Of a stretch of DNA of 64,000 nt, positions 1 through 10,639 are shown piece after piece. The stretch's first letter is position 1. Each line of letters begins with the position of its first letter. The notes beneath the pieces were generated by a model. The model was given only the letters and a program-made list of their open reading frames with translations. It made no database searches and was not told where the DNA came from. The position numbers were made by a program, and so were the translations under genes. The DNA lies in NCBI GenBank assembly GCA_964057225.1, contig CAXKVF010000079.1, positions 186,001 through 250,000 of the forward strand. Direction: 5' to 3'. Source of the stretch: Auanema rhodensis. Its lineage: Eukaryota > Animalia > Nematoda.

Positions 1-54
1 TTAGATTCCCCATGTCCATATTAGTCTAAAAACAACTTTTTATTGATATTGGTG

Positions 55-67
55 CATGGTAACCATG
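55..67. other. 13-bp dyad CATGGT-A-ACCATG (contains BstEII site GGTNACC), present in most monomers
   Basis: The reverse complement of CATGGT is ACCATG. The dyad extends to 15 bp (TCATGGTAACCATGA) in T54/A68 monomers. Confidence 0.95.
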
Positions 68-111
68 ACTTTGAAACTTACGTGAACTTTAATTTATGCT
101 AATTAAATGTA

Positions 112-119
112 CACGTGAT
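112..119 (-). promoter_or_regulatory. E-box/G-box CACGTG with flank matching RTCACRTG (ATCACGTG on minus strand), repeated per monomer; function unproven
   Basis: Plus strand CACGTGAT at 112-119. This is a motif match only, with no binding evidence. Confidence 0.35.
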
Positions 120-141
120 GTGCACTTGGTATGTAACTCGC

Positions 142-151
142 TTCACGTGAA
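142..151. promoter_or_regulatory. 10-bp perfect palindrome TTCACGTGAA (E-box core), repeated per monomer; function unproven
   Basis: Directly visible. Disrupted in G149A, C146T and G147A variant copies. Confidence 0.35.
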
Positions 152-3100
152 AGATAAAGAGATGCGGTTTTCAAAATTAGATTCCCCATGTCCATATTAG
201 TCTAAAAACAAATTTTTATTGATATTGGTGCATGGTAACCATGACTTTGAAATTTACGTGAACTTTAATTCATGCTAATTAAATGTACACGTGATGTGCT
301 CTTGGTATGTAACTCGCTTCACGTAAAAGATAAAGAGATGCGGTTTTCAAAATTAGATTCCCCATGTCCATATTAGTCTAAAAACAAATTTTTATTGATA
401 TTGGTTCGTGGTAACCATGTCTTTGAAATTTACGTGAACTTTAATTTATGCTAATTAAATGTACACGTGATGTGCACTTGGTATGTAACTCGCTTCACGT
501 AAAAGATAAAGAGATGCGGTTTTCAAAATTAGATTCCCCATGTCCATATTAGTCTAAAAACAAATTTTTATTGATATTGGTTCATGGTAACCATGTCTTT
601 GAAATTTACGTGAACTTTAATTTGTGCTAATTAAATGTACACGTGATGTGCACTTGGTATGTAACTCGCTTCACGTGAAAGATAAAGAGATGCGGTTTTC
701 AAAATTAGATTCCCCATGTCCATATTAGTCTAAAAACAAATTTTTATTGATATTGGTTCATGGTAACCATGACTTTGAAATTTACGTGAACTTTAATTTA
801 TGCTAATTAAATGTACACGTGATGTGCACTTGGTATGTAACTCGCTTCACGTGAAAGATAAAGAGATGCGGTTTTCAAAATTAGATTCCCCATGTCCATA
901 TTAGTCTAAAAACAAATTTTTATTGATATTGGTGCATGGTAACCATGACTTTGAAATTTACGTGAACTTTAATTCATGCTAATTAAATGTACACGTGATG
1001 TGCACTTGGTATGTAACTCGCTTCACGTGAAAGATAAAGAGATGCGGTTTTCAAAATTAGATTCCCCATGTCCATATTAGTCTAAAAACAAATTTTTATT
1101 GATATTGGTGCATGGTAACCATGACTTTGAAATTTACGTGAACTTTAATTTATGCTAATTAAATGTACACGTGATGTGCACTTGGTATGTAACTCGCTTC
1201 ACGTGAAAGATAAAGAGATGCGGTTTTTGAAATTAGATTCCCCATGTCCATATTAGTCTAAAAACAAATTTTTATTGATATTGGTGCATGGTAACCATGA
1301 CTTTGAAATTTACGTGAACTTTAATTTATGCTAATTAAATGTACACGTGATGTGCACTTGGTATGTAACTCGCTTCACGTGAAAGATAAAGAGATGCGGT
1401 TTTCAAAATTAGATTCCCCATGTCCATATTAGTCTAAAAACAAATTTTTATTGATATTGGTGCATGGTAACCATGTCTTTGAAATTTACGTGAACTTTAA
1501 TTCATGCTAATTAAATGTACACGTGATGTGCACTTGGTATGTAACTCGCTTCACGTAAAAGATAAAGAGATGCGGTTTCAAAATTAGATTCCCCATGTCC
1601 ATATTAGTCTAAAAACAAATTTTTATTGATATTGGTTCATGGTAACCATGTCTTTGAAATTTACGTGAACTTTAATTTATGCTAATTAAATGTACACGTG
1701 ATGTGCACTTGGTATGTAACCCGCTTCACGTGAAAGATAAAGAGATGCGGTTTTCAAAATTAGATTCCCCATGTCCATATTAGTCTAAAAACAACTTTTT
1801 ATTGATATTGGTGCATGGTAACCATGACTTTGAAACTTACGTGAACTTTAATTTATGCTAATTAAATGTACACGTGATGTGCACTTGGTATGTAACTCGC
1901 TTCACGTGAAAGATAAAGAGATGCGGTTTTCAAAATTAGATTCCCCATGTCCATATTAGTCTAAAAACAAATTTTTATTGATATTGGTGCATGGTAACCA
2001 TGACTTTGAAATTTACGTGAACTTTAATTTATGCTAATTAAATGTACACGTGATGTGCACTTGGTATGTAACTCGCTTCACGTAAAAGATAAAGAGATGC
2101 GGTTTTCAAAATTAGATTCCCCATGTCCATATTAGTTTGAAAACAAATTTTTATTGATATTGGTTCGTGGTAACCATGTCTTTGAAATTTACGTGAACTT
2201 TAATTTATGCTAATTAAATGTACACGTGATGTGCACTTGGTATGTAACTCGCTTCACGTGAAAGATAAAGAGATGCGGTTTTCAAAATTAGATTCCCCAT
2301 GTCCATATTAGTCTAAAAACAAATTTTTATTGATATTGGTGCATGGTAACCATGACTTTGAAATTTACGTGAACTTTAATTTATGCTAATTAAATGTACA
2401 CGTGATGTGCACTTGGTATGTAACTCGCTTCACGTGAAAGATAAAGAGATGCGGTTTTCAAAATTAGATTCCCCATGTCCATATTAGTCTAAAAACTAAT
2501 TTTTATTGATATTGGTGCATGGTAACCATGACTTTGAAATTTACGTGAACTTTAATTCATGCTAATTAAATGTACACGTGATGTGCACTTGGTATGTAAC
2601 TCGCTTCACGTAAAAGATAAAGAGATGCGGTTTTCAAAATTAGATTCCCCATGTCCATATTAGTTTAAAAACAAATTTTTATTGATATTGGTTCGTGGTA
2701 ACCATGTCTTTGAAATTTACGTGAAATTTAATTTATGCTAATTAAATGTACACGTGATGTGCACTTGGTATGTAACTCGCTTCACGTAAAAGATAAAGAG
2801 ATGCGGTTTTCAAAATTAGATTCCCCATGTCCATATTAGTTTAAAAACAAATTTTTATTGATATTGGTTCGTGGTAACCATGTCTTTGAAATTTACGTGA
2901 ACTTTAATTTATGCTAATTAAATGTACACGTGATGTGCACTTGGTATGTAACTCGCTTCACGTGAAAGATAAAGAGATGCGGTTTTCAAAATTAGATTCC
3001 CCATGTCCATATTAGTCTAAAAACAAATTTTTATTGATATTGGTGCATGGTAACCATGACTTTGAAATTTACGTGAACTTTAATTTATGCTAATTAAATG

Positions 3101-6100
3101 TACACGTGATGTGCACTTGGTATGTAACTCGCTTCACGTGAAAGATAAAGAGATGCGGTTTTCAAAATTAGATTCCCCATGTCCATATTAGTCTAAAAAC
3201 TAATTTTTATTGATATTGGTGCATGGTAACCATGACTTTGAAATTTACGTGAACTTTAATTCATGCTAATTAAATGTACACGTGATGTGCACTTGGTATG
3301 TAACTCGCTTCACGTGAAAGATAAAGAGATGCGGTTTTCAAAATTAGATTCCCCATGTCCATATTAGTCTAAAAACAAATTTTTATTGATATTGGTGCAT
3401 GGTAACCATGACTTTGAAATTTACGTGAACTTTAATTCATGCTAATTAAATGTACACGTGATGTGCTCTTGGTATGTAACTCGCTTCACGTAAAAGATAA
3501 AGAGATGCGGTTTTCAAAATTAGATTCCCCATGTCCATATTAGTCTAAAAACAAATTTTTATTGATATTGGTTCGTGGTAACCATGTCTTTGAAATTTAC
3601 GTGAACTTTAATTTATGCTAATTAAATGTACACGTGATGTGCACTTGGTATGTAACTCGCTTCACGTAAAAGATAAAGAGATGCGGTTTTCAAAATTAGA
3701 TTCCCCATGTCCATATTAGTTTAAAAACAAATTTTTATTGATATTGGTTCGTGGTAACCATGTCTTTGAAATTTACGTGAACTTTAATTTATGCTAATTA
3801 AATGTACACGTGATGTGCACTTGGTATGTAACTCGCTTCACGTGAAAGATAAAGAGATGCGGTTTTCAAAATTAGATTCCCCATGTCCATATTAGTCTAA
3901 AAACAAATTTTTATTGATATTGGTGCATGGTAACCATGACTTTGAAATTTACGTGAACTTTAATTTATGCTAATTAAATGTACACGTGATGTGCACTTGG
4001 TATGTAACTCGCTTCACGTGAAAGATAAAGAGATGCGGTTTTCAAAATTAGATTCCCCATGTCCATATTAGTCTAAAAACTAATTTTTATTGATATTGGT
4101 GCATGGTAACCATGACTTTGAAATTTACGTGAACTTTAATTCATGCTAATTAAATGTACACGTGATGTGCACTTGGTATGTAACTCGCTTCACGTAAAAG
4201 ATAAAGAGATGCGGTTTTCAAAATTAGATTCCCCATGTCCATATTAGTTTAAAAACAAATTTTTATTGATATTGGTTCGTGGTAACCATGTCTTTGAAAT
4301 TTACGTGAACTTTAATTTATGCTAATTAAATGTACACGTGATGTGCACTTGGTATGTAACTCGCTTCACGTGAAAGATAAAGAGATGCGGTTTTCAAAAT
4401 TAGATTCCCCATGTCCATATTAGTCTAAAAACAAATTTTTATTGATATTGGTGCATGGTAACCATGACTTTGAAATTTACGTGAACTTTAATTTATGCTA
4501 ATTAAATGTACACGTGATGTGCACTTGGTATGTAACTCGCTTCACGTGAAAGATAAAGAGATGCGGTTTTCAAAATTAGATTCCCCATGTCCATATTAGT
4601 CTAAAAACAAATTTTTATTGATATTGGTGCATGGTAACCATGACTTTGAAATTTACGTGAACTTTAATTCATGCTAATTAAATGTACACGTGATGTGCAC
4701 TTGGTATGTAACTCGCTTCACGTGAAAGATAAAGAGATGCGGTTTTCAAAATTAGATTCCCCATGTCCATATTAGTCTAAAAACAAATTTTTAATGATAT
4801 TGGTTCATGGTAACCATGTCTTTGAAATTTACGTGAACTTTAATTTATGCTAATTAAATGTACACGTGATGTGCACTTGGTATGTAACTCGCTTCATGTG
4901 AAAGATAAAGAGATGCGGTTTTCAAAATTAGATTCCCCATGTCCATATTAGTCTAAAAACAAATTTTTATTGATATTGGTGCATGGTAACCATGACTTTG
5001 AAATTTACGTGAACTTTAATTTATGCTAATTAAATGTACACGTGATGTGCACTTGGTATGTAACTCGCTTCACGTGAAAGATAAAGAGATGCGGTTTTCA
5101 AAATTAGATTCCCCATGTCCATATTAGTCTAAAAACAAATTTTTATTGATATTGGTTCATGGTAACCATGTCTTTGAAATTTACGTGAACTTTAATTTAT
5201 GCTAATTAAATGTACACGTGATGTGCACTTGGTATGTAACTCGCTTCACGTGAAAGATAAAGAGATGCGGTTTTCAAAATTAGATTCCCCATGTCCATAT
5301 TAGTCTAAAAACAAATTTTTATTGATATTGGTGCATGGTAACCATGACTTTGAAATTTACGTGAACTTTAATTCATGCTAATTAAATGTACACGTGATGT
5401 GCACTTGGTATGTAACTCGCTTCACGTAAAAGATAAAGAGATGCGGTTTTCAAAATTAGATTCCCCATGTCCATATTAGTCTAAAAACAAATTTTTATTG
5501 ATATTGGTTCGTGGTAACCATGTCTTTGAAATTTACGTGAACTTTAATTTATGCTAATTAAATGTACACGTGATGTGCACTTGGTATGTAACTCGCTTCA
5601 CGTGAAAGATAAAGAGATGCGGTTTTCAAAATTAGATTCCCCATGTCCATATTAGTCTAAAAACAAATTTTTATTGATATTGGTGCATGGTAACCATGAC
5701 TTTGAAACTTACGTGAACTTTAATTTATGCTAATTAAATGTACACGTGATGTGCACTTGGTATGTAACTCGCTTCACGTGAAAGATAAAGAGATGCGGTT
5801 TTCAAAATTAGATTCCCCATGTCCATATTAGTCTAAAAACAAATTTTTATTGATATTGGTGCATGGTAACCATGACTTTGAAATTTACGTGAACTTTAAT
5901 TCATGCTAATTAAATGTACACGTGATGTGCTCTTGGTATGTAACTCGCTTCACGTAAAAGATAAAGAGATGCGGTTTTCAAAATTAGATTCCCCATGTCC
6001 ATATTAGTCTAAAAACAAATTTTTATTGATATTGGTTCGTGGTAACCATGTCTTTGAAATTTACGTGAACTTTAATTTATGCTAATTAAATGTACACGTG

Positions 6101-9100
6101 ATGTGCACTTGGTATGTAACTCGCTTCACGTGAAAGATAAAGAGATGCGGTTTTCAAAATTAGATTCCCCATGTCCATATTAGTCTAAAAACAAATTTTT
6201 ATTGATATTGGTGCATGGTAACCATGACTTTGAAACTTACGTGAACTCTAATTTATGCTAATTAAATGTACACGTGATGTGCACTTGGTATGTAACTCGC
6301 TTCACGTGAAAGATAAAGAGATGCGGTTTTCAAAATTAGATTCCCCATGTCCATATTAGTCTAAAAACAAATTTTTATTGATATTGGTGCATGGTAACCA
6401 TGACTTTGAAATTTACGTGAACTTTAATTCATGCTAATTAAATGTACACGTGATGTGCACTTGGTATGTAACTCGCTTCACGTGAAAGATAAAGAGATGC
6501 GGTTTTCAAAATTAGATTCCCCATGTCCATATTAGTCTAAAAACAAATTTTTATTGATATTGGTTCATGGTAACCATGACTTTGAAATTTACGTGAACTT
6601 TAATTTATGCTAATTAAATGTACACGTGATGTGCACTTGGTATGTAACTCGCTTCACCTGAAAGATAAAGAGATGCGGTTTTCAAAATTAGATTCCCCAT
6701 GTCCATATTAGTCTAAAAACAAATTTTTATTGATATTGGTTCATGGTAACCATGACTTTGAAATTTACGTGAACTTTAATTTATGCTAATTAAATGTACA
6801 CGTGATGTGCACTTGGTATGTAACTCGCTTCACGTGAAAGATAAAGAGATGCGGTTTTCAAAATTAGATTCCCCATGTCCATATTAGTCTAAAAACGAAT
6901 TTTTATTGATATTGGTGCATGGTAACCATGACTTTGAAATTTACGTGAACTTTAATTCATGCTAATTAAATGTACACGTGATGTGCACTTGGTATGTAAC
7001 TCGCTTCACGTGAAAGATAAAGAGATGCGGTTTTCAAAATTAGATTCCCCATGTCCATATTAGTCTAAAAACAAATTTTTATTGATATTGGTGCATGGTA
7101 ACCATGACTTTGAAATTTACGTGAACTTTAATTTATGCTAATTAAATGTACACGTGATGTGCACTTGGTATGTAACTCGCTTCACGTGAAAGATAAAGAG
7201 ATGCGGTTTTCAAAATTAGATTCCCCATGTCCATATTAGTCTAAAAACAAATTTTTATTGATATTGGTGCATGGTAACCATGACTTTGAAATTTACGTGA
7301 ACTTTAATTTATGCTAATTAAATGTACACGTGATGTGCACTTGGTATGTAACTCGCTTCACGTGAAAGATAAAGAGATGCGGTTTTCAAAATTAGATTCC
7401 CCATGTCCATATTAGTCTAAAAACAAATTTTTATTGATATTGGTGCATGGTAACCATGACTTTGAAATTTACGTGAACTTTAATTCATGCTAATTAAATG
7501 TACACGTGATGTGCACTTGGTATGTAACTCGCTTCACGTGAAAGATAAAGAGATGCGGTTTTCAAAATTAGATTCCCCATGTCCATATTAGTCTAAAAAC
7601 AAATTTTTATTGATATTGGTTCATGGTAACCATGACTTTGAAATTTACGTGAACTTTAATTTATGCTAATTAAATGTACACGTGATGTGCACTTGGTATG
7701 TAACTCGCTTCACGTGAAAGATAAAGAGATGCGGTTTTCAAAATTAGATTCCCCATGTCCATATTAGTCTAAAAACAAATTTTTATTGATATTGGTGCAT
7801 GGTAACCATGACTTTGAAATTTACGTGAACTTTAATTTATGCTAATTAAATGTACACGTGATGTGCACTTGGTATGTAACTCGCTTCACGTGAAAGATAA
7901 AGAGATGCGGTTTTCAAAATTAGATTCCCCATGTCCATATTAGTCTAAAAACAAATTTTTATTGATATTGGTTCATGGTAACCATGACTTTGAAATTTAC
8001 GTGAACTTTAATTTATGCTAATTAAATGTACACGTGATGTGCACTTGGTATGTAACTCGCTTCACGTGAAAGATAAAGAGATGCGGTTTTCAAAATTAGA
8101 TTCCCCATGTCCATATTAGTCTAAAAACAAATTTTTATTGATATTGGTGCATGGTAACCATGTCTTTGAAATTTACGTGAACTTTAATTCATGCTAATTA
8201 AATGTACACGTGATGTGCACTTGGTATGTAACTCGCTTCACGTAAAAGATAAAGAGATGCGGTTTCAAAATTAGATTCCCCATGTCCATATTAGTCTAAA
8301 AACAAATTTTTATTGATATTGGTTCATGGTAACCATGACTTTGAAATTTACGTGAACTTTAATTTATGCTAATTAAATGTACACGTGATGTGCACTTGGT
8401 ATGTAACTCGCTTCACGTGAAAGATAAAGAGATGCGGTTTTCAACATTAGATTCCCCATGTCCATATTAGTCTAAAAACAAATTTTTATTGATATTAGTG
8501 CATGGTAACCATGACTTTGAAATTTACGTGAACTTTAATTTATGCTAATTAAATGTACACGTGATGTGCACTTGGTATGTAACTCGCTTCACGTGAAAGA
8601 TAAAGAGATGCGGTTTTCAAAATTAGATTCCCCATGTCCATATTAGTCTAAAAACAAATTTTTATTGATATTGGTTCATGGTAACCATGACTTTGAAATT
8701 TACGTGAACTTTAATTTATGCTAATTAAATGTACACGTGATGTGCACTTGGTATGTAACTCGCTTCACGTGAAAGATAAAGAGATGCGGTTTTCAAAATT
8801 AGATTCCCCATGTCCATATTAGTCTAAAAACAAATTTTTATTGATATTGGTGCATGGTAACCATGACTTTGAAATTTACGTGAACTTTAATTCATGCTAA
8901 TTAAATGTACACGTGATGTGCACTTGGTATGTAACTCGCTTCACGTGAAAGATAAAGAGATGCGGTTTTCAAAATTAGATTCCCCATGTCCATATTAGTC
9001 TAAAAACAAATTTTTATTGATATTGGTGCATGGTAACCATGACTTTGAAATTTACGTGAACTTTAATTTATGCTAATTAAATGTACACGTGATGTGCACT

Positions 9101-10639
9101 TGGTATGTAACTCGCTTCACGTGAAAGATAAAGAGATGCGGTTTTTGAAATTAGATTCCCCATGTCCATATTAGTCTAAAAACAAATTTTTATTGATATT
9201 GGTGCATGGTAACCATGACTTTGAAATTTACGTGAACTTTAATTTATGCTAATTAAATGTACACGTGATGTGCACTTGGTATGTAACTCGCTTCACGTGA
9301 AAGATAAAGAGATGCGGTTTTCAAAATTAGATTCCCCATGTCCATATTAGTCTAAAAACAAATTTTTATTGATATTGGTGCATGGTAACCATGTCTTTGA
9401 AATTTACGTGAACTTTAATTCATGCTAATTAAATGTACACGTGATGTGCACTTGGTATGTAACTCGCTTCACGTAAAAGATAAAGAGATGCGGTTTCAAA
9501 ATTAGATTCCCCATGTCCATATTAGTCTAAAAACAAATTTTTATTGATATTGGTTCATGGTAACCATGTCTTTGAAATTTACGTGAACTTTAATTTATGC
9601 TAATTAAATGTACACGTGATGTGCACTTGGTATGTAACCCGCTTCACGTGAAAGATAAAGAGATGCGGTTTTCAAAATTAGATTCCCCATGTCCATATTA
9701 GTCTAAAAACAACTTTTTATTGATATTGGTTCATGGTAACCATGACTTTGAAATTTACGTGAACTTTAATTTATGCTAATTAAATGTAAACGTGATGTGC
9801 ACTTGGTATGTAACTCGCTTCACGTGAAAGATAAAGAGATGCGGTTTTCAACATTAGATTCCCCATGTCCATATTAGTCTAAAAACAAATTTTTATTGAT
9901 ATTAGTGCATGGTAACCATGTCTTTGAAATTTACGTGAACTTTAATTTATGCTAATTAAATGTACACGTGATGTGCACTTGGTATGTAACCCGCTTCACG
10001 TGAAAGATAAAGAGATGCGGTTTTCAAAATTAGATTCCCCATGTCCATATTAGTCTAAAAACAAATTTTTATTGATATTGGTTCATGGTAACCATGTCTT
10101 TGAAATTTACGTGAACTTTAATTTATGCTAATTAAATGTACACGTGATGTGCACTTGGTATGTAACCCGCTTCACGTGAAAGATAAAGAGATGCGGTTTT
10201 CAAAATTAGATTCCCCATGTCCATATTAGTCTAAAAACAACTTTTTATTGATATTGGTTCATGGTAACCATGACTTTGAAATTTACGTGAACTTTAATTT
10301 ATGCTAATTAAATGTACACGTGATGTGCACTTGGTATGTAACTCGCTTCACGTGAAAGATAAAGAGATGCGGTTTTCAAAATTAGATTCCCCATGTCCAT
10401 ATTAGTTTAAAAACAAATTTTTATTGATATTGGTGCATGGTAACCATGACTTTGAAATTTACGTGAACTTTAATTTATGCTAATTAAATGTACACGTGAT
10501 GTGCACTTGGTATGTAACTCGCTTCACGTGAAAGATAAAGAGATGCGGTTTTCAAAATTAGATTCCCCATGTCCATATTAGTCTAAAAACAAATTTTTAT
10601 TGATATTGGTTCATGGTAACCATGTCTTTGAAATTTACG

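Larger units (their letters stand above)
1..176 (+). repeat. Reference monomer (arbitrary phase), 176 bp
   Basis: First period of the array. It carries two minor variants versus consensus (A36C, T77C). Confidence 0.98.

Noticed and set aside
1-176. Identity with other ~176-180-bp satellites (Brassica CentBr/HindIII, honeybee AluI, Arabidopsis CEN178) or primate alpha satellite
   Set aside because: The monomer has no AAGCTT or AGCT site and shows no resemblance to those consensus sequences as I recall them. Shared length alone is uninformative. A database search is needed.
1-176. Tandem 5S rRNA, tRNA, snRNA or spliced-leader gene unit
   Set aside because: I see no recognisable 5S or tRNA sequence, Pol III A/B/C boxes or cloverleaf, and the short dyads do not amount to a known RNA fold by eye. 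An Rfam/Infernal scan would settle it.
404-420. CENP-B box-like GTTCGTGGTAACCATGT in A56G monomers
   Set aside because: It matches only 7 of 9 core positions of NTTCGNNNNANNCGGGN (CATG instead of CGGG) and exists only in a minority variant confined to the first 21 kb.
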